NCBI GenBank assembly: GCA_051294375.1
Contig: CM119263.1
Coordinates: 6,358,932-6,422,931, forward strand
Origin: Paraspadella gotoi
Taxonomy: Eukaryota > Animalia > Chaetognatha
DNA length: 64,000 bases
Direction of reading: 5' to 3'
Position numbers and translations under genes: made by a program. Below the pieces are notes generated by a model. That model made no database searches. It was not told the origin of the DNA and worked only from the letters and a program-made list of their open reading frames with translations. This document shows, one piece after another, positions 11,301 to 25,860 of this stretch. How positions within the stretch are numbered: position 1 is the first letter of the stretch; every line of letters starts with the position of its first letter.

Positions 11301-13823
11301 AATAGAATGTGACTTAAAATCATAATAACTAGGCTAATTTCTTTCATTTGAAATCGAATTTTCAATGACAAACCTCTGCTCAAAAATCTGGACAACTTCA
11401 AAAACGTCTCGTCGTTCTCTTCCGACTCTCTCGCCGTCAAAACTTGGGGCTCCCCGCCCATTCTCGGCGTTGTGGACGATTGTCTGTAGTTGACAAACTC
11501 GCTGGTCGCATTGAAAAGAGACTCGCGTATCGGCGGCGCCCTACCCTCGGCGCCACTTCGTGAAGATATCGGCGGCGCGCTTCGGGTCGGACCCGAGGCC
11601 AGAATCTCCACGAGTTTCAGCTCTGATCTCATGAGAGTCTCGTGCTCCGCCGTCAAGCCCATCAAACGGCACTCCATTATGCCATCCTGAGTGGGAAAAA
11701 AAATTTGAGATAGGATTGTCTATTTTTTAACGTGAACTAAGTTCCGCCACTGGCATATCGAAGAAATATTAAGTATTGAAAAGTGAATCTTTTTTTAAAT
11801 TTTAATCCATTCCTAATTTTGTCTTCCAGATACCTTATAGTTATATACATTTTAATCTTTCTGTTTTAAGGCTACGATCATCGCCATTCCGATCAAACCC
11901 TCCCGAAACAAACCCGTCTCAAACCCGTAAATCGTCGGCGCCGACATTTCCGTCGACGAAGCGCTTGGAGAGATTCTCCAGATTCGCTCTTTTCTCCGAT
12001 CGACGACGAGAGAGGAATTCCCTCAACATCCCCGTGGCGTCAGGGAAAAGCTCCCGGGAGTGTCGCAGACCTTGCTCCAAACTGGCCTCGCAAATGCTGT
12101 CGAATTGGCTCACGAACTCTTCCAAGTATCCCTCCATCTTGCACTTTTCCGTGATGGCGTCGAGGAGGATGCATTCGGCCTCGACGACGCGGGCGCCGGG
12201 CTCTGAGATGCCCGCCTTTCGATATTCCTTCAAATAGGTTTCCATCTGATCCCCGTCCGTTTTGGCGACGCCCTCGTTTAACCGAGCAACGATGTCGCCC
12301 TCTTTCTTCTTTATCTTTTGCAGCAAATTCATCATGAAGTGAAAAATCTTTCCGTCGATTTTGTACCTGATGTTTTGAAAATATTAACTTTTAACTAGTA
12401 ATTGATATTAATATTTGTATTTATCTTTTTTTTTTTAGATTTTAGATTTTACTTTTTTCGCCCCATTACCGACTTAAAATAAGAATTGCGTAATTAAAAC
12501 TAATTATTCGAAATACAAAACATTCCTATCTCTTCTCACTGGAAGCCTCTCAAACATACCGTCCGCTCTCGGTAAAGCTCTTAAGGTTGCCCAGGGTGCC
12601 TTTGACGGTGAGCAGCGGTTCAAAGCCGTCGGCGACATCTTCCCGCGGATTCTTAAGGACGGCCTCGAGCGCCACCTCTTCGCACTTGATCATTGCTTCG
12701 GCCAATTCTTCGTTCTCGACGAGTCCGCACTGTCTCGCCTTGAAGAGGATCGCCGGGAGGCTGCGGATCCGCTGGGTCGGATCCTCGCGGGCGTTCTGCA
12801 GCAACGCTCGCCGCACGGTTTCCTCTCGACCCTGCAGCTCCTTCAGCATGACCCTCATGAACCAGAGATATAGATTGCCGATGACCGACTTTCGATCCGC
12901 CAGCCAACGCCGGATCCCGTCGGCGCTGATGTAGCTGAGGTGCTCCAGCACGCTCGCTTTCATCGTCGCCAACTTTTTGAGGCTCATGACGAGAAGCTCG
13001 AACTCGGCCTGCTCTGCAAGACCATCGGCGGGGATGCCGGCCGAGCGGACTTCGTTAATGGCCTTCTTGAAGACTCGGAAAGAAACCTGAAGCGCAGTAA
13101 ATATCGTAAAAGGAGTCTTTCACGCTCAGCGGCTCACACGCTTGAGGTTTACTCTGTTTTATTTACATAAGCGAGAGACTGACGATTCTGTGGACTAAAC
13201 ATCAATCGAACCTGTTTTGTGTTTAGACAATGACGTAATTGGTTAAGACACGAAGCGTCGCGTCGCTCCGATTGACCAATCAGCGTCATCCACGCGGAAA
13301 TGAACGCTTGCATCTCGGCGTCGTCGTAGAATTGGATGCAGGCGCGCTCCAAGGCTTTGGTGCTGACAAAGAGAAATGGCTTTAGGTATTCGTTGGCAGG
13401 AGCGCCGCCAACGACGACACCGTCCGCATTCCCTGACTCCGCGGATGCGCCCGCGCTGTTCTCTCCGTCGCCGGCGTTCTCGTTCCTATTGTCGTCGTCG
13501 TGGTCGCGTTTCATCTTTCTATTCTTGATCCTCTCCACGCAGCGCCCGGCGCCGCAGCGCAGACAACCCGCCCGAACTCCGTCAGTCTCCTCTTCCTCTT
13601 CATCGTCGTTGTTGTTGTTGCTCTTGTTGTCGAGTTTTCCGTCAACGACAACTGATTCGGCGTTGGCGTTGGAGTCGGCGTCCACGACGCAGGCGCGGCG
13701 ACCTGGATGAATCTGATGTCCCGAGAGTCGGCGCATGCGCAGACAAGCGCAGGTGAAGCCGATAACCGTAAGGATGAGTAGCAGAACGAGCACGGCGAAA
13801 CCCGTCGCCGCGCCCGCCTCCAT
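8120..13823 (-). CDS. Uncharacterised 7-exon single-pass membrane protein (~1553 aa) with four ~105-aa helical repeats and a long low-complexity C-terminal region
   Basis: Hand-spliced exons on the minus strand: 13823-13212, 13086-12560, 12366-11925, 11686-11374, 11280-8742, 8485-8403, 8265-8120. All introns are GT..AG with matching phases (0,2,0,1,2,1). They join the track ORFs 13149-13823, 12550-12987, 11919-12335, 11285-11677 and 8738-11269 into 4662 nt ending in TGA. The N-terminal hydrophobic helix FAVLVLLLILTVIGFTCACL is followed by basic RMRR. The exon 4/5 junction is the least certain (GAG versus AAG acceptor). No family was recognised. Confidence 0.8.
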
Positions 13824-14721
13824 ATTTTGGCGGGAGTTTTTGCTTTGAGGGGATTTAGAAAGGATTCGAGATAAAAAAATACTTGGAACTGAATTGGTTT
13901 ATGTCAGAAAAGCCTAAGGCCTAACAGTTAAATTATTTTTTATTCTTAAATATTAGACCTTTGGTTTATAAACGTGGGTTAGCAACAGTAAGAAAAAGCT
14001 TTTTTTCTTTTTCTCATCGTTGTCTCAGTTTATTGATTTTTGTTCGAAGAAAACATTAAATGAAAAAATGCATCGTGATCTCGCGCTGTTTTTCTTTTCA
14101 ATACTTTTTAGTGTTGTAATGTAACAGTTCATGAAAACGGCGAGGTTCGCCTTTGATGCCCGTGACTTGAGGCTCCTTGGACGCTTGGAACGAACCCGGA
14201 ACGCACGGTTGATCTAAATAACAAACATAATGTATTTTTACTCATTACATGTTGATGAAACTTCCAATAAGATTACGTACTCGTTCCAACGTAATCAAAC
14301 TGTATATGACTTCATATGATATAATAAAGACCCGGAAGACTTAACCAACGTACCAACCGTTCTACAATCCGACTGACTGACCTAACGAATTGTCGATTAA
14401 CCGACTGACCGACCGTCCAAATGAGCCAATCTTCTTCACGCTTGACTCTCCACGACCTAATTAATCCGCGCTGACTCTCGATACGTCAAGTGGGCCATCC
14501 CCAAAAGAATGTCGCGGATATAAGGCAGGTTTCCGCCTCAGGTTAAAAAGGTAAGGTCTCCAGGTGAGGTTAGAGACAAGAGTCTGACCATCGTCAGTTT
14601 GTTACGTCATCCCTTCTCGAGTGGAAAACTCGAAAAATTAATCGCAATTGAGGAAAACGAGAGCGAGACACGTTCCGGTCGAAGACAAGATTCGGTCACT
14701 CTACTCTGACCTGTTTTACGC

Positions 14722-14825
<104 letters not shown>

Positions 14826-16387
14826 TTGTCGTCATTGCATCGAGTTTTCACATTTTTTATGACAGGAAGTCGAAAGATCAAAACACAACAACAACTGCAA
14901 TGACTATCAAGGACGAAATTCGATGGGAAAAACTCCCCCCTCCCTCCTCTTCCTCCTCCCACCTCCTCCCCCCACCTCCTACTCCTCCCACCTCCTCACC
15001 CGCCACCTCCCCAATTCTCCCTCGCAATAAAATATTAAATCCAGACGTCGAAACAAAAAAAAAACAAATGTTTTTCTCGATTGCGAGGTTGTGCGGCGCA
15101 AGGGCTTTGAGGCGTTCCTCCTCTCTCACATCTTGCAATAACCAATTTCATCATAACTTGCTTACTATGAAACTCTTGTAAAGTCCTTCCGCTTTTCCAA
15201 TGTCCAGCGACATGATACGTAACTTATTTATTGAATACGTAAATGGATAATTTTATAATGGTTGAGCCAATCTCATAGTCTTGGAAAATAAAAATAAAAA
15301 TTTACACTTACCTTCAAAACTAACAATTTAAGTTGTTTCATTAAATTTTTTCTACATTAAAATGAAATCCTGATATTATAATTCGATTGCATAATTATTA
15401 TCAGTCTATGACCCCATCCAAAATCATAAATTCTAAACGTTTTCTTCCCCCTATATGGCAATTGAAAAAGGACAATGTGCACATTTTCGCTCATAACCAT
15501 TGAATTGGCAATTCGTACCCAAGAGGACGATAAAGAAAGGGTTCTTGAAGACGAATCCACGATCGACCTTCGAATTTCGTCTTCACGAAAAAAAAAAGAA
15601 GAAGAAAAATCGGGAAAAATAAATCTGGGATCGCGAATCTTTGAATGAAATTCAATAATATTTTTCTGGTTTGATTCGCGGCCCAGTTATTGCGAGGGGT
15701 TGAAGACTGAAGACTGAAGTGGGCGAGGGATGGTGAATGATGAAAGGATGAAGCACTCAGGGTTGGTGACGAGAATCGGAATTGGATTGGAGAAGGGGAA
15801 AGAAAAATCGGAGATTCAAACGAATGGATAATTTCGACTGCAAACGTCGACCCGGGGGCGAATGGAATACGAATATTTTTTTATTTTATTTATTCGAAAT
15901 CATTTCTGGGTTATCTGATCTATTTGGGCACTTGCAGAAAAATATTATTTGTTATTTCGGAATGAAAGAGAAAAAAAACCATGGGGGGTTTGGAGAGGCT
16001 CGTTTGTAAGTGAGAACGATTTATTAACAAAATGTTAAATGATGATTGAATTGTATTGAGCGATTCCCTCAGAATTTCCCGTCAAATTTCGCCTTTGAAC
16101 GCGCGATCAGTTTCCCCCTCCCTCTTTTCCTCCCCCGCTTTCTCATACTCCCCCCCCCCCATTTCCTCCTCTTCCTCTTCCGCTTTTTCAAAACAGAAAT
16201 GTTTTGGGTTCTTAACCTCGTCGGGTTTTTATGCCGTCGACGTCGTCGTTGTTGTCGTCGTCGTTATTGTTGTCGTCTTCTCAACATTCAACCAGCGTCG
16301 AGGAAAAGTTTCGAAGAGAGAGGGAGAGATATAAAAAGAAGAAAGGGGAGGGAGATAAAGAATAGAAATCCGGGGAGTGAGGGAGAT

Positions 16388-16999
<612 letters not shown>

Positions 17000-19215
17000 A
17001 CGAGGCGTTGAACTGCTTTTAGTTTCGCGCGACAGAATTTCGTTGTTAATGTCGGGTCGTGACCGGGATTAGAGGGACGCTGTTGTCCCGCCTGGTTTTT
17101 TCGCCTCGCCTGCCTCCCTTTGCCTGATCGCTCGCTCGCCAAGGCTGAGGCCCGTCACGCGCGTTTATCGCGGCAGCCATCGGCGGCAGTGGTTTACAAT
17201 GTATAGTTGTCCATACTCGGTGGGTTCTGGGCATACTTCCGCCCGTATCACGCCGCCAGTGAAAAGATAAGTCGAGTATTAAAATACATGCAAAAGCTAA
17301 TCGCTACACTCCGTCTCGCTTCCCTTCCCGAACTAATAAACCAGCAGCTGCCCGTCTCCACCGTCCATCCCAAATGCGCGTCACATCTGCCCGCTCCGAT
17401 CGCCCCAGTTCGTCCGCGACTCTCCACCTCCCCCCCCCCTGTGCGACAATCGGATCTAATTGCGACGAGAGACCTCCCGCGGGGATTTCGAGTCGACGGG
17501 GGAAATTGGAGCTGTTGGAAATAGAGGGTATAGGGATGGGATGCTGGAGCGGTCAGGGGTTATTGGAGCGGTGGGGTGGGGAATTCCTGTCGACGGGGGA
17601 AATTCGAGATGTTGACAAAAGAGGGAGTAGGGGTGTGAAGCTGGAGCGGTTTGGGTTTGTTGGAGCAGGGGGGAATGGGGTGAAAAAGGTTGTCTTAGCG
17701 ATGTTAAAAGGGGGAAGTTGGGCCTAAAAGGCAACAAATATGGACCCAAAAAATGAGGGGGAGAGAAAAGGAAAAAATTTAAGTGGATTGGCCGCTGAGG
17801 ACCGAGAGTCTAGGGTTACGACCCGCGGATATTGCCTCTCTCTCACCCTCTCTCGCGCGCACGCAGATGTACACGCCTTGCTCAAGAAGACAGACAAATG
17901 TTGAGAGAGAGAGAGAGAGAAATATTTTATAATTCAAATGTCTCTACTAGGATTGGATTACAGTATCATATTTAACACAAACCGACCGAAACAAAAATAA
18001 ATTTATTTTCATAAAAATAACAAAAGCCACCAGAAGGTAAGGTCAAAATGAAAGTCACCGCCGCCTGTCGTGTTCACTTTAGTCACCAGTGGATGAGACT
18101 TTTCTAATCTTCACCGGCGAAGCAAAGAGCTGTAGTCTCCAGGCCGATACCCAACGACAAGTTTGACGGACCCGTCACTTTAATTCGTCTGCTATTCACT
18201 TGAGCGAGCTTAATCGGGCGCGAGTGTGCACGTGCGCGAGCGGAGGGATGACAGCGAACGCGGGCCGACACCATCGGGCGACATCGGGCAAATGCGAGCG
18301 GGCGCGAGCGGTCGCCAACGGGCGGGCAAAGCTCCGTTTCTCGTCTCTCCCTCTCTGCGGATTAGGACCTAATCCATCGGAGGCCGAGACCGCGAATGGG
18401 AATGGGGGGGAGATGAAACTCTGGCCGAAGGGCGAAGACCGTTGGATGACTGGTTGGCTGGGTTTAAAAAAGGGGGAAGGGATGGAAGGAGTGAGACTAA
18501 GTGTCAATTGTAAAAGCTGGTCCAAACTGGGAGAGCGATTTTTGGACATAATAACGTAGTTGCTGAAAACGCGGTTCATTAGAAGGAAACTTTTTGGGAT
18601 TGGGCACTGGGCATTGGGCAAGGGGTGTTTGGGGTGGAATTGGCAGATTTGGTTTTGGGCCAAGGACGATGCCATAGCCCGAGTCTCGAAGAGAAGAAAC
18701 TTAACTGGAAACATCGCGACTCGCCGAAGGCGAAATCGAGATGTGGAGATAAAGTTCAGCAGAAAAAAAATGGCGCGTAAGATATTTATTCGGCTTTGGT
18801 GCGAGAATAAACTCCAAATATATTGAACCGCCAATAAGCCTCTTTCTGGCGTTTTAGTGCCTTTCGTTTTTTGGGGGAACTGAATGACCCTTTTCGGGTA
18901 CATGTTGATGTCATTCATTTTTGGCGCAACAAATAACCTTTTTTTTTGGCATTTTGTTACTAGTCATTTTTCACGCTCTATCAAACCCTTTTGTGTCATT
19001 TTAAAATGAATGCTCTTTTCTGGCTCGATGATTTTTGACAGGCAGCAAAACGCTTCATTGGATACATACATTATACAAACAAAACTGTAGCAAGTGAGTC
19101 AAATTCTAAGTATATTGAGTCTGATTTTCGGGAATAAATCGAGACATGGACAAGATGAGAAAAGCTGTTTTGCGAGAGAGAGAGNNNNNNNNNNNNNNNN
19201 NNNNNNNNNAAAGAG

Positions 19216-19710
<495 letters not shown>

Positions 19711-22257
19711 GGAGAAGAAAAATAAAGAAAAGAAGAATTATTGAGAGAAGGGAAATGAAACAAGGTAGTATGTAAAATAAATGAATATAAAGAAATAATA
19801 AATGATAAACAAAAAGGAAGAAAAATACGAGGAATGAGGAAGAGAAAATAAGAGAAAGGGGAAAAGTTTATACGGGTGAGGTTTTGAAGAAGAAAAAGCT
19901 TTTCCTATTTATTCCTGGGATAGCTATTTGAGAAAGAATGAACGAGAGAGAGAGANNNNNNNNNNNNNNNNNNNNNNNNNNNNNNNNNNNNNNNNNNNNN
20001 NNNNNNNNNNNNNNNNNNNNNNNNNNNNNNNNNNNNNNNNNNNNNNNNNNNNNNNNNNNNNNNNNNNNNNNNNNNNNNNNNNNNNNNNNNNNNNNNNNNN
20101 NNNNNNNNNNNNNNNNNNNNNNNNNNNNNNNNNNNNNNNNNNNNNNNNNNNNNNNNNNNNTCGGGGCGGCAGAGGTTTGCGGCGGCGGCGGCGTCAGCGG
20201 CGGCGGAGCAAGAGTCGGGCGCGTCTCCTCTGTCTGAACAAAGGCCAAGAAAGGGAGATGGATGAGAGGCGGGNNNNNNNNNNNNNNNNNNNNNNNNNNN
20301 NNNNNNNNNNNNNNNNNNNNNNNNNNNNNNNNNNNNNNNNNNNNNNNNNNNNNNNNNNNNNNNNNNNNNNNNNNNNNNNNNNNNNNNNNNNNNNNNNNNN
20401 NNNNNNNNNNNNNNNNNNNNNNNNNNNNNNNNNNNNNNNNNNNNNNNNNNNNNNNNNNNNNTTGTTTATTTACTGGTTTGTTTAATCTTTCGAATTTTAT
20501 CGTTTATTCTCTACTGTTTATTTCTCTCTTCTCTTCTGAGATCGATACAGACTCGAATANNNNNNNNNNNNNNNNNNNNNNNNNTCGCCACCATAACTGT
20601 AATGAAAAAAGTGCTCGCTGTTTTTTATTATATAACTTATTTTTGATGAACTAGCTTACTTCATAATTGTATTTTTTTTATTTTAACACAATTTTCGCTT
20701 CCTTTTTTGTTCACAGGTTGAATTTATTTTAACATTTTGTTTTCACAGAGTTTAACGTCCCTGAGGAATTGCGTCCCTCTCAACAAAGCTCTAAAACTAA
20801 TTAATCAACAAAGTCACTTTTTAACCATTTTTTTTCCCATCTGTAGATGAGGCAGCATTTACTGTAAAATTTGTTGTTTTATTTAAAAAAGTTCATAAAA
20901 AATTCAATCATGATGTTAAATAAACTTCTTCTAAATGGAAAGGTCTAGTCCACATCTCAGCCTTTAGTTTATTATTATATTTACATGTAAAACATTTATT
21001 AAGATCAAATTCAAAACTTTTTTTTTTGCTCGACGAAAACAGCCAAAGTTATCGATTTTTTTAAATACAGCAAAAAAATATTTTTTTTTGCTCGACATCC
21101 CTCGACGAGCGATGAATAAAAATGGAGAATATGAAAAAGAAGAAAAAATATTTAAAGATTCTTGATGCTGCTCTTTCTTCCTTTCGGCGTTATCATCGGG
21201 GGGGAGGCGGGGGGGAGTGGGCGAAGGGTGATGTAAGGACTGAGGGGTTAGCTGAAGAGCGGGAAGATTAAAATGTTAGTGAGAAAGTGTAGTCGTATTT
21301 ATTGTAGGATTGCTTGATACAGCATAGATCCGCTTAATAATTTGTCAGTGGTTCAAACACAGTTATGATTTATTGCGGAAAATACGTGGGCGGCCACAAC
21401 TTACTTGGAATCAATCACGTGCAAAGTAAAAACAGGTTTAATACATAAATTAACGCGTTACAATACTCAATCAAATTTTTTTTTACCTAAATTTATATTA
21501 AACATTTACAAATGAGATGTGTTGCCAGTTCCAGAGATCCTTCAAAAATTGGTCTCCAACATGATGAGTTTACAGAGAGAAGAAGTGGAGCAACATGTAC
21601 TACGAGGAAAGTAAAAGACGAATAAGAGGAGAAAGAGTAAAGATTGAAAAATCAGAACGAAGAAAATCGCGTTAAAAACTGAAATAGATGAGAAATTGGC
21701 AAATGTGCTCCTTCACCGTGTGTTGGGGAGAATCTAGTTTTGAAAAATGGTTTCGCGGATAGAATAAGTCGAGAGAGGTTTCGTATCGTCGGTGGGCGTG
21801 GTTGAGGGGTTGGGAAAAGCGGCGCCAACGTCCATGACAAAATTGGTGGGCGTGGGATAGAGGTTGTGATTCCCGGCGCCAAAACGACATGGCGAAAGTA
21901 ATTGTTGGCGCCTTCGGCAAAAAGAGTAGCGGTGAGTGGAAAAAAATTTTCAAGGCGCGTTGGTAATGGGCAGTGGGTAGTGGATAGTGGACAATGGGCA
22001 ATGGGTAGTGGGCAGTGGGTAGTGGGCAGTTAAAATGGGCTTTACTCGTGAGGACTCACTGCTCAGGACAGCGGGAAACATTTTTTTTTCTTCGGGTCGG
22101 AAAAAAATTGGCGAAGTGACGTTGATGTCGGGGCACCGATGGGCAGAAAGGCGGGAAAGGGCGGATGGAGGCGGGAGAGAATTGGCAGGGCCCGAGGGAC
22201 GATGTGGAAAGCCGCCATCTCTCGAGAGATTCGCCTTAAAGAAAATTCGAATCGACC

Positions 22258-22658
22258 GTCGTCTTCGTCGTCTTCGTCGTCGTCGTCGTCGTCGTTCTTC
22301 TTGGTGACTGCTTCGTCGACGATTTCGTCGTCGTCGTTTTCATCGTCGTCGTCGTCTTCGTCGTTCTCATCGTCGTCGTCATCTTCGTCGTTTTCATCGT
22401 CGTCGACTGAATTTTTGATGATGTTGATGCCGTCGTCATCGTTCTTCCCGCGCCAAACGTCACCCGCTCCCAACTCGATAACGTCATTCGTTTTCGTGGT
22501 TTAATTCTCGTCGTTGTCATCGTCGTCGTCGTCGTCTTTGACCCCTTATCGTCTTAGTCACCCTCTTGTCTCGGCCGTCGGCGCCGTCTCTGCCAAATCT
22601 GCCAAACTTGGTTAGAACTCACTTCGTCCTTTTTTTAAGACGAGAGGACACGTCGTCT

Positions 22659-22700
<42 letters not shown>
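22258..22700. repeat. (TCG)n/(GAC)n trinucleotide-rich low-complexity region
   Basis: Multiple TCG runs. It reads as poly-Asp on the minus strand but has in-frame stops. Confidence 0.85.
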
Positions 22701-22702
<2 letters not shown>

Positions 22703-25069
22703 TCCCTTGGTCTCCAATCTCCAGTCACAACGGCCGAGAAGGACTCACTAAAGAAATTAGCAGATAGTAAACGTTTTGAACGCAGAACATTGACAAAGAA
22801 AAACCATCAAAACAGAATAAATTCTAAACTGGAAACGGAAGAGCGAATGTGCAAGCGAGCGCTACACTCAAGGGCACCAAACGTCGCGACTTTAAAGAAG
22901 AAAAAAAAACATCTTTAAACGTTTCCTTTTTCTTTTTAAATACTATGTTTTGCTTTTAGTTCGTCCTTCGAAAAGGAAGCAACGCGAATCACCCTTAACT
23001 CGACTTCTAGGTCTTTTTCTTCCTTTCTTCGGTTGTCTCCTTCTTTGCCATTTCTCTCTTTATTTTCTCCTTCCTTCTTTCGCTGTCCCTGCCCCTCTTT
23101 TGCCAGTTCTCTCCTTTTCTCCTTCCTCTTTCTTTGGCTGTCCCTGCCACTTCTTTTCCTCTTTCCTACTTCTTTCATTGTCTTTGACCCGACTTCTGCG
23201 ATCTGCATTCCTCTCCCGCCATCTCACTTCTCTACCCTTCTTCTTCTTTCCGTCCTTTCTCATGATTTGCCACATCTCCTCATCCAATTCGAAGCTTTCC
23301 TCGCCTTTTCTCGCCCCCTTTCCCTTTTAGTCTTCTCTTTTCCTCTTCTCTTCCCTGTCCTTCTCTCTTATATCTAATATCTTCCATTCTCTCGTTCCCT
23401 TTCTTGTCCCTCTCTTTCCCTCGTCTATTCTCTTCCATTTTCTTTACCCTGCTGTCGTTCTCTTTTCTTGCTTCACCTTCCTATCATTTATTTCCCTTCT
23501 TCTCTTGATCCTTTCCCTTCCCACGCTTTTTTCATCCTCCCCTCATTTTCTTTCTCTCATACTTCCTTTCTCTCCCTGCCTTCCTTCTCTTTCACTTTCC
23601 TTCCATCACATCTCTTGCCTTCTTTTGAGATTTTATCATCTCTCTCTCCTTGTTTTTACCCTTCTTTTTTAATTTTTCTCCCTCTTTTTCCTTTTCTTCT
23701 TTCACATATCCTCCCTTCTTCTGACCTTCCCATCTCTCCTTCCCTTTTCCTCCCTTCCCTTCCTCTATCCTTCCCTTCTCGACGAAACTAATCGCATAAG
23801 CGTTTTCGAAACTCTCGCTTGAATTCCTCAAAGGACGTCGGAGCGGAAAACTGGGAAGCGAGGCGTCGCTCCCTTGCTGCATCTGTTTGCTACAGATGCG
23901 CGAATGACGCTCTGCCTTCGAATCCGATTGGTTCTCTGCGTTTCTTTCTCTCTTTTTTTAAAATCTTTTTATTAACATTTTTATCTTTCCAACTTTACAA
24001 ACGAGAAAACTCGCTCGCGGCTTTCGCTGTCTACAATGAAACGAAATGCGGTTCAATGTCCTTTGTCCAACATCGATGGGATCTTCGATAAATTTATGGA
24101 ATCGGTACAACTAATATAAAAATTTTAAAAAAATGATAAATAAGCTTTTATTATTTTATTTTACCTTACGTTTAGTTATCTATTTGCTCTCTGTTTAAAA
24201 ATAAACAAAATATTGATTAACGAACATCAGAAGCTTCTGCGGCGGAATAACCACACCACACCCACATTCAGCCAATCTCTATTTATGTTCATAAAAACAA
24301 AAACCTCAGTTTTGCCAATAAAAAGATCTCACTCGCTCACGTCCTCATAATCGAAAGCGGCCAACCCTGCTGCGCATTCGGATATATCCTCGAGCCCCAT
24401 TCCGGTCGCCATTATCCGAACGGCGAACAACTGCGCTTCCACGCCTTTGCCTTCTCTCTCTTCGTAGCAACGAGCGAGGTTGACGCTTCGGCGGGGGGAT
24501 TCCCGTTACCGGCGCTCACGACCGCGAGATGGCGCGATGGGTTTCATCAATCATTTTTCCCTCTTCCAAAGGTCGTTTGAGTAACGAGCGACGGAAACGA
24601 GAAAAGACGCGAAGTAATAAACGATCCCTCGTCCGCCGCCGCTTTTTGTTTTCCCGCCATTTTTTTTGCGCGAAATGAAATATAAATAGAAAACAAAAGG
24701 GACATTCATAACATTGGGTGAAGGATTATATCTGAAACCACTTTCTCACANNNNNNNNNNNNNNNNNNNNNNNNNNNNNNNNNNNNNNNNNNNNNNNNNN
24801 NNNNNNNNNNNNNNNNNNNNNNNNNNNNNNNNNNNNNNNNNNNNNNNNNNNNNNNNNNNNNNNNNNNNNNNNNNNNNNNNNNNNNNNNNNNNNNNNNNNN
24901 NNNNNNNNNNNNNNNNNNNNNNNNNNNNNNNNNNNNNNNNNNNNNNNNNNNNNNNNNNNNNNNNNNNNNNNNNNNNNNNNNNNNNNNNNNNNNNNNNNNN
25001 NNNNNNNNNNNNNNNNNNNNNNNNNNNNNNNNNNNNNNNNNNNNNNNNNNNNNNNNNNNNNNNNNNNNA

Positions 25070-25814
25070 AAGAGATTGGCGATAAAACCTTTTTATCGGA
25101 TTCGGATAAAAATCGCGTCCCGAGCTGAGAGATCGCTGGCGGAACTCATTACGAGGTTTCGATCAGCGGGAGTTACAACTCCTTACTCAATTCCGGCCCA
25201 AGGTAAGAAAGGGCTTGTACTTTTAATAAGGGGGGGTGGATGGGGAAAAAGGGGAATGACATGACATTGAGCAATGAATATTGGTATTACTGATTAATTT
25301 CAGATTGTGGAAGACACTGGGACATTTATTGGTTCGAAGATTGATAATATTTCTCTCTTTTATTTATCAATTTATTTATCAATAGTATCTCTTGATTCCT
25401 CGATTCCGCCTGTTCCACTTACTAAAACTGCCTTGCTCTTGTACCAACTTCCAAGTTTGTCTTTGCGTTTTTTTTACTCTAAAAAACCGTGCGTCTCATT
25501 AGTTGGTCATTTTAATTTAATGTTTTAATTAGGTCTCATTATAATTTTATTAACTTTCGTATCCTGATACGCGACGGATCGCCGACGGCCGTGACGGGAA
25601 TTCCAAACTCCATCTCAAAACTGTTTTTGTTAAGTGGGCGTGGCCTTGCGTTAAAGGAAAAGCGAAGGCAACGCCCCCTTGTGAATTGATCCCAGTTCAA
25701 AATCACTTTGGGATCAGTCCTCTCCCACAGTGACTGTAAAAAAGGCAACTTGTCTAATCTGCGACGACGAAACCACTTTTTAACCTCTTCTTTAAATAAT
25801 ATGCGCAGACCCAC

Positions 25815-25860
<46 letters not shown>

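Noticed and set aside
17046-17300. GC-rich unique island (similar one at 24360-24560) considered as a structured ncRNA
   Set aside because: No recognisable snRNA, SRP, RNase P or tRNA motif by eye; an Rfam scan would be needed.
21961-22030. Heptamer repeat TGGGYAR (also 18596-18620), reminiscent of cyanobacterial STRR
   Set aside because: Short simple repeat embedded in clearly eukaryotic sequence, with no other sign of bacterial DNA.
22063-22750. Asp-rich acidic protein on the minus strand
   Set aside because: There are in-frame stops just upstream, no ATG and no consistent splice sites; (GAC)n runs are common in non-coding DNA throughout the window.
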